From Gammaproteobacteria bacterium (GTDB lineage Bacteria; Pseudomonadota; Gammaproteobacteria; Eutrophobiales; Eutrophobiaceae), in contig CBDEUK010000001.1 in the NCBI GenBank assembly GCA_965243205.1, forward strand, positions 192,001-256,000: a stretch of DNA of 64,000 nucleotides. Reading direction: 5' to 3'. Numbering within the stretch: the first letter of the stretch is position 1; the number at the start of each line of letters is the position of its first letter. The position numbers were made by a program, and so were the translations under genes. Below are positions 39,265 to 49,192 of the stretch, piece after piece. Under the pieces are notes generated by a model. That model was not told the DNA's origin, searched no databases, and saw only the letters and a list, made by a program, of their open reading frames with translations.

Positions 39265-41384
39265 ATAATAAATTTCCACATCATTTTTTTAAAAATATAA
39301 GTATCCGTAAAAAACTTATTTTTTCATTCGGCATCTGCGCCTCTATCATTATTGTGATAGGCACATTATCTATATGGTCTTTACATCGTGTTGAATCGCA
39401 TATCTTTACAGTAGCGAATGATTTTATTCCTGCGAAGGATCTTGCTAACAAAACTAAAAGACAAGTGATTCATGCTAATAAAGCCTTAAGTTTTTATATA
39501 TTAACCAATAAAGAAATGTATCGAAAACAAGTCGATACTTTAGTAAAAGACATAAAAAAATCTATACAAATATTGTCTAAACTCCAAACAAATGCAGGCC
39601 AAACGGAGTCATTATTAATTTCATTAAGCAAAGATATAGAGGCGTTTGATAAATACAAATCATTAGTATTTGAGATAAAAGAAAACAAATTAAATAATAT
39701 GCCAGGTCTTAAATTTGCAGACAAATTAATATTTCCAATAAACAATGAAATTATTGGGATATTAAATGAAATTACTAGTCATAAATATTCAGATTCAAAA
39801 TTATATACATCAATTATGAATCTTAATAAGATTTGGTACGATATATTTTACGATATCAATAATTACCTTGCATATCGTGATGAAAATTTTAATGATGAAT
39901 TTTCAAGAGATCTGAAAAACGCGCGTGCAGAAATAGACAGTTTGCTAAAACAGAATTTATTGCAATTAGATTCTTATGATATCCAAAATAATTTAGGTAG
40001 AATTTTAAAATTACAAAACACATTAGAAAAATATATTGAAAGCTTAGTGGGCATACATAGTGGAGAAGCATGGAGAAAAGATGCCTATTTAATTCGAACT
40101 AAAATTGGCCCTTTGTTAGAATCTATTGTTGACAAGTTAGATAATATTAAAAATATATATTCAGAAGCAGCTGAATCAAAAATTAATGAGCTTTTAAAAC
40201 TATCAGCAGCCACTAAAAAGATAACTTTTACCACCCTTATCTTGGCTGTATTACTTGGGTCTTTTTTGACCTTGATTGTCATCAAATCAATAATGATTAA
40301 ATTAAACATGGCAACCAATGCAATGAAAGATATTGCTGAAAAAGGAAACTTAAATCAAACATTAGATGATTCTGGAAAAGATGAATTATCTAATTTAGGA
40401 AGTTCATTTAATCAATTTGTAGAAAAGATATCGAATGTCATAAATTTAGTTAATTTATCATCGACTAATTTAGCTCATGAAGCGGATGAAATGAAAAAAA
40501 TTAGTCAGAGTGCAAAAAGTACTGTCGTGCAACAACAGTCACAAATCTCTGAAGTGGCTGAGTCCGTACAAGAAATGTCAAGCACTATGGAGGATATTTC
40601 TCATAATGCTAGTTTAGCGGCAGACGCTGCAAAGAAAGCGAATGAATTTACTATCAATGGTCAAGATGTGGTAACAGAATCTATTAGTTCAATTAATAAT
40701 CTAGCAACCGATGTTGAAACAACAGGCTTGGCAATAGAAAAGCTAGATAGTGAAATCAAAGATATTGGAAGCATACTTTCAGTTATCAAAGACATAACCG
40801 AACAAACTAATTTACTCGCTTTAAATGCAGCAATAGAGGCTGCACGTGCTGGAGAAATGGGTAGAGGGTTCGCAGTTGTTGCTGATGAAGTCAGGACATT
40901 ATCACAACGTACACAAAGCGAAACTCTAGATATTCAAGTTAAAATAGAACGATTACAAGCAGAAGCTCAAACTTCGGTCAATGCTATTGAAAAAGGTAAA
41001 AAAACAGTAGAACACAGTGTTGAGCTTGCTTCTTCTGCAGAAGAAGCATTAAGTTCGATTGCTCAATCTGTTGATACCATTTCTGAAATGAACCTAAAAA
41101 TCGCCGATTCTGTTCGTACACAAAGTCATAATTCAACATCTATTAATAATAATATGTTATCAATTAATCAAATTGCGAATGAAACAGCTAATACAGTTTC
41201 TACAGCCAGTAACTCTAATCATGAGTTAAGCCTTATGGCAAGACAACTTCGAGGCATGGTTGAACAATTCTTATTAAATGATATTGATACTCAAAATTCT
41301 AGTGAAGTGGAATCTTCGAATAATAATGAAGCAGAAAAAGACTCAAGTTCTGATTCTGAATGTATTGATGATGTTTTATTTTAA
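39261..41384 (+). CDS. methyl-accepting chemotaxis protein
   Basis: 2 TM, large helical periplasmic domain, [36 protein letters not shown]-terminal DDVLF pentapeptide-like tail. Confidence 0.95.
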   Translation: MNNKFPHHFFKNISIRKKLIFSFGICASIIIVIGTLSIWSLHRVESHIFTVANDFIPAKDLANKTKRQVIHANKALSFYILTNKEMYRKQVDTLVKDIKKSIQILSKLQTNAGQTESLLISLSKDIEAFDKYKSLVFEIKENKLNNMPGLKFADKLIFPINNEIIGILNEITSHKYSDSKLYTSIMNLNKIWYDIFYDINNYLAYRDENFNDEFSRDLKNARAEIDSLLKQNLLQLDSYDIQNNLGRILKLQNTLEKYIESLVGIHSGEAWRKDAYLIRTKIGPLLESIVDKLDNIKNIYSEAAESKINELLKLSAATKKITFTTLILAVLLGSFLTLIVIKSIMIKLNMATNAMKDIAEKGNLNQTLDDSGKDELSNLGSSFNQFVEKISNVINLVNLSSTNLAHEADEMKKISQSAKSTVVQQQSQISEVAESVQEMSSTMEDISHNASLAADAAKKANEFTINGQDVVTESISSINNLATDVETTGLAIEKLDSEIKDIGSILSVIKDITEQTNLLALNAAIEAARAGEMGRGFAVVADEVRTLSQRTQSETLDIQVKIERLQAEAQTSVNAIEKGKKTVEHSVELASSAEEALSSIAQSVDTISEMNLKIADSVRTQSHNSTSINNNMLSINQIANETANTVSTASNSNHELSLMARQLRGMVEQFLLNDIDTQNSSEVESSNNNEAEKDSSSDSECIDDVLF

Positions 41385-41454
41385 TTATCTATTCATTAAT
41401 AATAAGTGAGAGAAAGCTTCACACTTTTAGGGGATACAATTAAACTCTGTATCC

Positions 41455-42282
41455 GTGAAGACTAATTTATCTATCTTAAAGAGCTCAATACTTGAGCTTC
41501 AACATTTGGAATTTAATCGAATTTCACCCCAAGCAAACCTTCGACATTGGGTTCAATGTTATTGGTCGATAGGTAACACACCTAAAATTATAAAAAACTC
41601 ACTAAAAGAAAAACTTTACCCAGATGGTGGTGTGAGTTTAGTTTTTAACACTTCACAAAAAGACGATATAGAATTATGGATAAAAGCATCTACTGAAATG
41701 ACATATTCAAATAACATTCGTAATGGCGATATGTTTGGAATACATTTTCAACCTGGTGCTGCAAATAAAATACTTAACTTTACTCCTAATAAAACCATCG
41801 CTATAAAGCTTGATGAAGATGAAATTCGCAGACTTAACTTGAAATCTTTTTGCAATAAAATTAAAACGTCTTCCGTCCAGAAAAAAATTGCCATAATAGA
41901 ACATTGGTTATTACAAAAGATTGAAAATCTAAATCTATCACCCGGTTTTGTACAATTTTTCTGGCCTCAATTAATTCAAGATAAAAATATATCTGGGCTT
42001 ATACTTGAATCAGGAATTAGTCGACGTAAACTTGAACGCTTATTTGAAACTGAGATAGGGTTTTCTCCAGGGCAGCTACGGCAATTATTACGAATAAAAC
42101 TTGCGAGATATTTAATCAAAACTCATCCTAGACTTTCACTTACTGATATTGCCTTAAAAAGCGGTTATTTTGATCAAGCACATTTTAATCGGCATTTTTT
42201 CTCTATCGTAAAAGAAACACCTGGAAAATATCGAAAACGACAAAAGCAACGGCGTGAGTTGGGCCAACTCATCGTCAATTGA
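41455..42282 (+). CDS. AraC family transcriptional regulator
   Basis: ISRRKLERLF...IGFSP and IALKSGYFDQAHFNRHF HTH motifs. Confidence 0.9.
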   Translation: MKTNLSILKSSILELQHLEFNRISPQANLRHWVQCYWSIGNTPKIIKNSLKEKLYPDGGVSLVFNTSQKDDIELWIKASTEMTYSNNIRNGDMFGIHFQPGAANKILNFTPNKTIAIKLDEDEIRRLNLKSFCNKIKTSSVQKKIAIIEHWLLQKIENLNLSPGFVQFFWPQLIQDKNISGLILESGISRRKLERLFETEIGFSPGQLRQLLRIKLARYLIKTHPRLSLTDIALKSGYFDQAHFNRHFFSIVKETPGKYRKRQKQRRELGQLIVN

Positions 42283-42360
42283 CGCAAATATACAATTACT
42301 TCTTAGATTAATCGCTTAATCTAGACTTACAAACTTTACTAGATTAAAGGTTATTTTAGT

Positions 42361-42825
42361 ATGGATTGTCGAATAACACCTGAAAAATTATTTCAAATAC
42401 AACCCAAAGCCTCTGAAACACTTCATGAACTTGATGCTATTGTTAAAGAAAGTGGCCTTGATGAAATCTTAACAACACTTGTTCGTATTAGGGCATCTCA
42501 AATCAATAATTGTGGTTTTTGTTTAGATATGCATTTTAAAGAGGCCAGAATGTTAAAAATTGATCAACAAAAATTAGATATTTTATCGGCATGGCAAGAG
42601 CTACCTTTTTTTTCACAACGTGAAAGAGCGGCTTTAGCCTTATGTGAGCAAATAACAACATTACAAAATAAAAAAGAATTTAACGTTTTATTTCATCAGC
42701 TTGAACAGGTATTTACACAAGAAGAAATTGTAAATTTAACTATAATAATTGTGACCATAAACAGTTGGAATCGAATCGTCGCTTGCATGAATTTTATCCC
42801 TGAGCGCATTAATATTGAAACTTAA
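42361..42825 (+). CDS. carboxymuconolactone decarboxylase/AhpD-like protein
   Basis: LVRIRASQINNCGFCLDMH, INSWNR. Confidence 0.9.
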   Translation: MDCRITPEKLFQIQPKASETLHELDAIVKESGLDEILTTLVRIRASQINNCGFCLDMHFKEARMLKIDQQKLDILSAWQELPFFSQRERAALALCEQITTLQNKKEFNVLFHQLEQVFTQEEIVNLTIIIVTINSWNRIVACMNFIPERINIET

Positions 42826-42837
42826 CCGGAGAATTCA

Positions 42838-43230
42838 ATGAAACTAAAATTATTTTCTATTTTCTTTTTATTAAGCAGTTTTCTCACTAGCACTATAGTC
42901 TTTTCTAGTGAAGTGAGTCCATTACTCAGTAAACTAATTCCTGAAAGCAGTGAAAAAGAAGTGCAAATTTTGAAAGTGACATTATTACCTGGTGAAAATT
43001 CGCCTATCCATAAACATGACGCTCAAACATTTGTGTATGTATTATCTGGTAAAATTGCTATGGCTGTGAATAATCAAGATCCAACTATTTTAGAACCAGG
43101 CGATACCTTTTATGAATCTCCAAATGATATACATACAATAACGCGCAATTTAGATAATGATAAAAAAGCTGTGATGTTAGTTTTCTTTATAAAAGAACCT
43201 GGTGCGCCCTCGCTGAAACCAGTAAAATAA
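42838..43230 (+). CDS. exported cupin domain protein
   Basis: PGENSPIHKH...FVYVLSG...GDTFYESPNDIH. Confidence 0.88.
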   Translation: MKLKLFSIFFLLSSFLTSTIVFSSEVSPLLSKLIPESSEKEVQILKVTLLPGENSPIHKHDAQTFVYVLSGKIAMAVNNQDPTILEPGDTFYESPNDIHTITRNLDNDKKAVMLVFFIKEPGAPSLKPVK

Positions 43231-43283
43231 ATAGAAGTTCGAAAATATTTTTATTACATTGCTAGTCTGATAATCTTTTATCA

Positions 43284-43886
43284 ATGAGACTCTTAACTCT
43301 TCTAATTATCATTATTTTTTTCTCTTCATGTGCTATCAGTCCTAAAACATATGAACAGTATCTCGATAAGGAAGGTCTTGACGCTCAACTCCCTAATAAC
43401 TTCCAACATTGTCATGGTTATGGCTGCAAATTTAAAACAATCATTCAATTTACTCAAAAAGATTGGGAACCTATTGAGTCTATTTTTACGCCATTGCCAC
43501 AAACAGCAACACAAGAGCGTGACGCAATTAAACAAGCTATAGCGATTTTTGAGAACCGTGTTGGTCAGATTGCTGGAACAGAATTCGACATTGCAGGAAC
43601 TTTTAAAAAGACGGGCAAATACCAGCTTGATTGTGTTGATGAAAGCACAAATACCACGATTTATCTTTCCCTACTTCAAAAAAAACAATTATTGCAACTG
43701 CATCAAATTGAAGCACCACATGTACGTATCCCAATAATCCATTCAGGTCGTTGGCCTCATCAAAGCGCAGTAATAAACGAAAAAGGTACAGACCATTATT
43801 TTGTTGTTGATAGTTGGTTTCATAATAATGGAATAGCTCCAGAAATCATTTCTTTAAAAGAGTGGAAACAAGGTTGGGAACCTTAA
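43284..43886 (+). CDS. conserved hypothetical lipoprotein
   Basis: FSSC lipobox; CHGYGC, QLDCVDESTN, HQSA and VVDSW motifs. Confidence 0.7.
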   Translation: MRLLTLLIIIIFFSSCAISPKTYEQYLDKEGLDAQLPNNFQHCHGYGCKFKTIIQFTQKDWEPIESIFTPLPQTATQERDAIKQAIAIFENRVGQIAGTEFDIAGTFKKTGKYQLDCVDESTNTTIYLSLLQKKQLLQLHQIEAPHVRIPIIHSGRWPHQSAVINEKGTDHYFVVDSWFHNNGIAPEIISLKEWKQGWEP

Positions 43887-43901
43887 ATTTATAGAGAATT
43901 T

Positions 43902-43915
43902 TTGGTGGAGAGAGA
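43902..43915. repeat. degenerate direct repeat of the tRNA-Ser 3' end (att-like)
   Basis: TTGGTGGAGAGAGA versus TTGGCGGAGAGAGA at 47245-47258 (13/14). Confidence 0.65.
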
Positions 43916-43943
43916 CTGCTTATAAAGTAATTCTCTTCATATA

Positions 43944-44936
43944 TTATGGAAGTTCATCCACATTTTCGCTTGTTACTAATCGAGCTGGTACATAAATATT
44001 GCGAGGTAAAGATACTTTATTTCTTAATCGGTCAACCATCTTTTCAATACTTAACTTCCCTATCTGTACAGGATCTTGAATAACCGTAGCATCTAATCGA
44101 CCTTCTCGAATCATATTTTGCATGGTCTTATCCATATCAAATCCAACTAAGAGTGGTCTAAAACCATAAGATTCAGCTGTTTCTACACTAGCAATTGACG
44201 CATCTGCAAAACAGGAGAATACAGCAGCTATATTCTCACCATTAGATGAAAATTCAGAAATTGCATCTCTCACTGAATAAATTGATGCCCACCCTTTGGA
44301 ATAAAATACTTTTGTATGATAACCAGCATCAGACAATATACTTTTAGGTGTTAAGCTACGAATAATTGCTGTGTATTGAATTTCATCACCACATAGGATG
44401 ATAATTTGCTTTGCGCTGATTTTTTGCTTCTTTAGTCGACTCTGAATATATAGGGAAGCCATTTCTGCTGCTTCATGCTCATTGGTACTAATAGATGTTA
44501 AAACCCAATTATGAGAGAGATTTGAATTTACAGCGATAACAGGAATATTTTTTTCTTGGAAAATTGAAATAGAATCACTAATTTTGTCTGATACCGCACC
44601 GATAATCATGCCATCTATATCGAGACTAGCTGCATGTTCCAGATTTTGTAGTTGTGTTGAAAGAGCAAAATCTTTCCCAGTAAAATCAATCACCACAACA
44701 TCTTGTTGTTGAGCATTTAAAAACAAAGATCCTTTAAGCTTTTTCCAATAATCTACAGATGTTGGACTACCGCTATAGCCGATAATTAATTTGCGATCAG
44801 CTGGCTTATTATGTGAGTCAGCCTGTACTGTCATCAGTATATTAACCAGTAGAAATACAACAAATAGCCTAAGGCTAGTTATCGATACTCTACTCACTAT
44901 AAAATATAATTCACACCAACTTAGCATAGTATGCAA
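43944..44936 (-). CDS. periplasmic sugar-binding protein (type I, RbsB-like)
   Basis: IDGMII, IPVIAVN, LVGFD, LDATVIQDPVQIG; the true start may be GTG 44897. Confidence 0.82.
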   Translation of the reverse strand: MHTMLSWCELYFIVSRVSITSLRLFVVFLLVNILMTVQADSHNKPADRKLIIGYSGSPTSVDYWKKLKGSLFLNAQQQDVVVIDFTGKDFALSTQLQNLEHAASLDIDGMIIGAVSDKISDSISIFQEKNIPVIAVNSNLSHNWVLTSISTNEHEAAEMASLYIQSRLKKQKISAKQIIILCGDEIQYTAIIRSLTPKSILSDAGYHTKVFYSKGWASIYSVRDAISEFSSNGENIAAVFSCFADASIASVETAESYGFRPLLVGFDMDKTMQNMIREGRLDATVIQDPVQIGKLSIEKMVDRLRNKVSLPRNIYVPARLVTSENVDELP

Positions 44937-46947
44937 ACTCTTCGGCTGGTAGTGGTTTACTGAAATAGTAGCCCTGTACTTTTAAAGAAGGCACTTTCAT
45001 TGTGGAAATAATATTTAGTTGAGCTTTATTCTCCACGCCTTCAACCACCACATTAAAATTTAATGCCTGTGCCATAGATATAATAGCTTTAACAAATAAT
45101 TGGTGCTCAAGCTTTTCCCTATCCATTCCATTAACAAATGATCGGTCGATTTTTAGAGCGGAAGGTTTTAGCATATTTAACCTACTTAATGATGAATAAC
45201 CGACACCAAAATCATCTACCACTATACTAATCCCCATATTATTAAGTGAGTTAGTTGTTTTAATAACCTGCTCAGGCTGGTTTATCGTGGTCGTTTCCGT
45301 TATCTCGATTTCTAAATTGGATGGAGATAAACTTGTATCAGTCAAAATCTTCTTGATAGTGCTAATTAGATTCGGATTGATAAAGTCTAGCGAAGAAAGA
45401 TTCACAGCTATTTTTGTTTCCGTTGATAATCCTTTTCGTAACCATTCCGACATTTGTTTACAAGCTTTTTGCAAGATAAGTTCACTTAATGACTCGATAA
45501 AACCTACCTCTTCTGCAATGGTAATAAATTTATCAGGAGCTATAGCTCCCAAAGTTGGATGTTCCCACCGTGCAAGTGCTTCAATCCCACAAACCTCACC
45601 ACTTGAAAGTAATATTTGTGGCTGATAATGCAGATCGATACTTTCATCAATAATCGCTTGTCTAAGGCTAGACTCTATAGTTAGGCGCTCACGGTACTGT
45701 AATTGAAGCTCATGATTATAAAATTCGTATTGGTTTCCTCCAATTTTTTTTGCATGATACATAGCGCGATCAGCATTATTAATTAATGTTTCTACATCTT
45801 CTCCATCTCCAGGGTATAGAGCGATTCCTATACTGAGCGATATATATATTTGGCGTTGTTTAATATTGAATGGATGCTCAAATAAGTTAAACAATTTTTC
45901 ACAGAAAATCGCAATGCTTCTTTCTGTATAATTATCACTTAACAACAATGTAAACTCGTCACCACTTATACGGGCTAGAGTATCTGATTTACGTATTTTG
46001 GTGCACATGCGATCGGCGACTTGCTGCAAAAGAGCATCGCCCGTGTCATGTCCATAATTATCATTGACATATTTAAACTTATTTAGATCCAGAAAGAGTA
46101 CTGCGAGAGTTAAGTTTTTTCGTTTCGCAGTACTTAACATTTGTTCAAACCTATCTATAAATAATCTTCTGCTAGGTAGCTTGGTTAACTCATCAAAATA
46201 TGCAAGCTTATTAAGTTCTTTTTCTCGTATTTCAAGTGAACTCGCTAAACTGGTTATGGTTCGACTAAAATCTCCAATTTCATCTTGACGGTTTAGTAAT
46301 GGAAGATCTTTTAATTGTTTATGTTTGATATGATTGGATAATAGCTCAATCGGTGTAGCAATACTGTGCCCTACTTTTCTAGCACCTAGCAATCCTATTG
46401 ATAAAAAAACAAGTAGAAAAAAACTTCCGTTAATTAATATCTGAGCCTTTTCTTTGTTAAATTGGTTTGAAGAAAAAACCATTATGGTACGACCTAGGTT
46501 TTTTTCTTGCATTTTAAAGGGGATATTTACAGTAATATGACTGTTATCTAGATGGAGTGTTTTATCCTGGTTTAAATTAATGGTATCGACTTTTCCGTGC
46601 CTTAATATTTCCTTACCTTCATTATTGATGAAACATATGCCTAATAATTCTTTATGTGTATTTATCAAATAAGGTATCTGAGTTTTTTCCTTTGAAAGAA
46701 GTGCAACCGTTAAATATAGATTTATAGACCTATCTTCATCAGGCAACTCAGAACGGATTGCATCATAGAAAGGAGAAATTATGGTTTGTGCTTCATTGAT
46801 TATTTTATCTTTCTGAGCACCTACGTACTGGAAATAAATGACCATGGTATAGCCAAGTACAATAATGCTTACCAATAAAAGTACATCGATAGAGAGCTGG
46901 CGTTTGATACTGAGAGAGCTAGCTAAATACTGATATAGTTTTAACAT
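44911..46947 (-). CDS. membrane-bound HAMP-GGDEF-EAL protein
   Basis: 2 TM, DELTKLPSR, ARISGDEF, YQPQ, EALARW, EITE, DDFGVGYSSL, QGYYFSKP. Confidence 0.93.
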   Translation of the reverse strand: MLKLYQYLASSLSIKRQLSIDVLLLVSIIVLGYTMVIYFQYVGAQKDKIINEAQTIISPFYDAIRSELPDEDRSINLYLTVALLSKEKTQIPYLINTHKELLGICFINNEGKEILRHGKVDTINLNQDKTLHLDNSHITVNIPFKMQEKNLGRTIMVFSSNQFNKEKAQILINGSFFLLVFLSIGLLGARKVGHSIATPIELLSNHIKHKQLKDLPLLNRQDEIGDFSRTITSLASSLEIREKELNKLAYFDELTKLPSRRLFIDRFEQMLSTAKRKNLTLAVLFLDLNKFKYVNDNYGHDTGDALLQQVADRMCTKIRKSDTLARISGDEFTLLLSDNYTERSIAIFCEKLFNLFEHPFNIKQRQIYISLSIGIALYPGDGEDVETLINNADRAMYHAKKIGGNQYEFYNHELQLQYRERLTIESSLRQAIIDESIDLHYQPQILLSSGEVCGIEALARWEHPTLGAIAPDKFITIAEEVGFIESLSELILQKACKQMSEWLRKGLSTETKIAVNLSSLDFINPNLISTIKKILTDTSLSPSNLEIEITETTTINQPEQVIKTTNSLNNMGISIVVDDFGVGYSSLSRLNMLKPSALKIDRSFVNGMDREKLEHQLFVKAIISMAQALNFNVVVEGVENKAQLNIISTMKVPSLKVQGYYFSKPLPAEEFAYYAKLV

Positions 46948-47245
46948 ACTCTAAGTTTAGCTTAAAAATCTATCTCGATATCATATATCTATAACAAATC
47001 CTCTATATTTTTCTTTCATAAAGACAAATTTGTCTAAAAATTATTCAACGATATCGTATTTTTTCAATTTAAAAAATCATATGGAAACTTTTGGAAATCG
47101 TTATAGAGACGATTGGTTAATTTTGAAAATTTTATAGAGAGAAAATTTGGTATGGGGAGCTATTTGTGTGTCTATTAGACGTAATTCTCTAATCATTTTA
47201 AAAAAGTATTTTATGTGTCGAGAGACTTTTTCAGGTAAGACTTAT

Positions 47246-47336
47246 TGGCGGAGAGAGAGGGATTCGAACCCTCGATACGCTATAAACGTATACACACTTT
47301 CCAGGCGTGCGCCTTCAACCACTCAGCCACCTCTCC
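47246..47336 (-). tRNA. tRNA-Ser (anticodon GGA)
   Basis: GGAGAGG acceptor stem, CT-GGA-AA anticodon loop, long variable arm, GTTCGAATC, encoded CCA. Confidence 0.97.
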
Positions 47337-47417
47337 GAAATAAAGCGAGAAAGTACAGCAAAATTGTATTAGCTGCAACGAATAGAAAAAGAATTTATTG
47401 ATCTTATGAAAAAACGT

Positions 47418-47825
47418 CTAGATCTGATAAGAATGTTGTAGTTGATTTGCTTTTTGTTTAAGGCTTAACATTAATTCAACCTCACCTTTTGTCAAATCAC
47501 AATCATCCAACATATCATGTTTGCTAGCACCATGATTAATTAATGCCATCATCTGTTTATAAGGAGGTGTAGTATGATTATCTTTATTAAGCTCAATTTT
47601 TTCTTGTCGTTCTTGTATATAACGAAATTCATCTTCTTGGTTATGGAGTTTTTCACCCACACCACGCGCGCATATTAAAAGAGCCTGTAAATCATTCTCT
47701 AGAGATTTCATTTTTTTCTGTTGTTTTTGATAGCGTTGCTTGAATTTCACATACGCTAAAAATTGGCATAGTAAGATGAGAACTAATGATTGAAAAAATA
47801 CTGCCATACTTATTTCGATTATCAT
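47418..47825 (-). CDS. DUF2802-like protein
   Basis: N-terminal TM, coiled coil, C-terminal GA...CDLTKGEVELM; usual position after cheW. Confidence 0.75.
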   Translation of the reverse strand: MIIEISMAVFFQSLVLILLCQFLAYVKFKQRYQKQQKKMKSLENDLQALLICARGVGEKLHNQEDEFRYIQERQEKIELNKDNHTTPPYKQMMALINHGASKHDMLDDCDLTKGEVELMLSLKQKANQLQHSYQI

Positions 47826-47835
47826 ATTAAATACC

Positions 47836-48012
47836 CTATATATATTCGTTTATTGTATGGTCACCAATATCGTTTTCTTTAGAATTTTCTTTTTCAGACT
47901 GTTTATCTTTTTTAGATTCTTCTTGTTTATCTTTTTTCACGCGTTTTTGAACTTTTTTTAGCGGAACAATTGCTTGCGATGGCTGAATTTCGCGAAAAGC
48001 GTTCATATCCAT
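47836..48012 (-). CDS. small Lys/Glu-rich protein (58 aa), absent from the ORF track
   Basis: ATG overlaps the cheW stop (TAATG); MDMNAFREIQPSQAIVPLKKV...DHTINEYI. Confidence 0.65.
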   Translation of the reverse strand: MDMNAFREIQPSQAIVPLKKVQKRVKKDKQEESKKDKQSEKENSKENDIGDHTINEYI

Positions 48013-48500
48013 TAAAAATTAGAGACTTCCTCTAATTCTTCCTGAGAAAGTAATTTATTTACATCCACTAAAATTAATATCTCTTCACCACGACTATGAA
48101 CACCCTGGATGTATTTCGAACTAGGATCACTATCGTTACCTAAATTAGGTGTCGATTCGATTTCAGAAGAGCGGAGATTAACGACTTCAGCAACTCTATC
48201 AACTAAAATACCAATCACTTGTTCATTAACCTCCAAAATAACAATTCTAGTTGAGTCTGTAACTTCATTGGCAACTAAACCAAAACGTTTACGAGTATCT
48301 ATCACCGTAACAACGTTACCACGTAAATTAATAATACCGAGAACATAATCTGGTGCGCCAGGAACAGGGGCTATTTCAGTTAGCCGTAGTACTTCCTGAA
48401 CCTGCATCACATTCACGCCATATATTTCATCGGTTAACCAAAACGTAACCCATTGGAAAACATCTTCAAGTTTGGAAGTGTCATTGGCTAAACTGGTCAT
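48012..48500 (-). CDS. cheW: chemotaxis coupling protein CheW
   Basis: QWVTF, YGVNVMQVQEVLR, VLGIINLRGNVVTVID. Confidence 0.95.
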   Translation of the reverse strand: MTSLANDTSKLEDVFQWVTFWLTDEIYGVNVMQVQEVLRLTEIAPVPGAPDYVLGIINLRGNVVTVIDTRKRFGLVANEVTDSTRIVILEVNEQVIGILVDRVAEVVNLRSSEIESTPNLGNDSDPSSKYIQGVHSRGEEILILVDVNKLLSQEELEEVSNF

Positions 48501-48555
48501 GTAAAACTCCTAAAAATGTCAAATTACCGTGATACTTTTTTCTATATAGTAATAA

Positions 48556-48572
48556 AGCATGCTCTGTGCCAA
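48556..48572 (-). promoter_or_regulatory. putative sigma54 promoter for cheW
   Basis: TTGGCAC-AGAGC-ATGCT matches -24/-12 TGGCAC-N5-TTGC. Confidence 0.6.
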
Positions 48573-48592
48573 TAATTGGCAAAATATACGTC

Positions 48593-49192
48593 TTAACCGT
48601 CTGATTTGTAACCTCTTAAAAACAAACGTTTAATTTCACTGGTACTGAGAATAACCGACATATCTTCAGTATGAATTCCCTTAAACCAGCGCTGATTTGG
48701 CTTAGACTTGCGCCATTTAATTTTCTCTTTTTTAACCGTTGTAATACTCGATACGTCATCACACGCTATGCTCGATCGTTCATCATTGAAGATAATGATG
48801 TGATTAATATTTGATATATCCAAATGATTGTTTGGTGGTTGCAAAGAACCGTCTGAATTTAACGCCCAATAAATATTATTAACGGCAATATTTTTACCCT
48901 GATATTGATAATAGCCAATGGTGTATGGCTTCATCTCTGGAAGTTGCAGTAAAGAATCAGTCTTTATTTCAACAACTCCTTTTAGATCTTTTACTGGTAC
49001 AGCTAATTTATGTCCCTCGATAGAAAAAAATAATAAATCTATTTCGGTAAGTTCTATTGGCTTAGTTTTAGTTTCAGTTTCTTTTTCCTCTATCTCAGGA
49101 ACCGATTGTTCACGAAATAACGTTTCTAAATAAAACGATAAAGCTTCTCTTGATTCAAGTATTTCAGTTTTTTCTATATCAATAGCTTTCAT
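48593..49192 (-). CDS. CheW-like domain protein (ParP-like)
   Basis: LLFFSIEGHKLAVPV, IKWRK..PNQRWFKG; follows the ParA-like gene in the che cluster. Confidence 0.7.
   Translation of the reverse strand: MKAIDIEKTEILESREALSFYLETLFREQSVPEIEEKETETKTKPIELTEIDLLFFSIEGHKLAVPVKDLKGVVEIKTDSLLQLPEMKPYTIGYYQYQGKNIAVNNIYWALNSDGSLQPPNNHLDISNINHIIIFNDERSSIACDDVSSITTVKKEKIKWRKSKPNQRWFKGIHTEDMSVILSTSEIKRLFLRGYKSDG

Noticed and set aside
47147-47401. 84-aa plus-strand ORF
   Set aside because: Shadow translation of the antisense tRNA-Ser.
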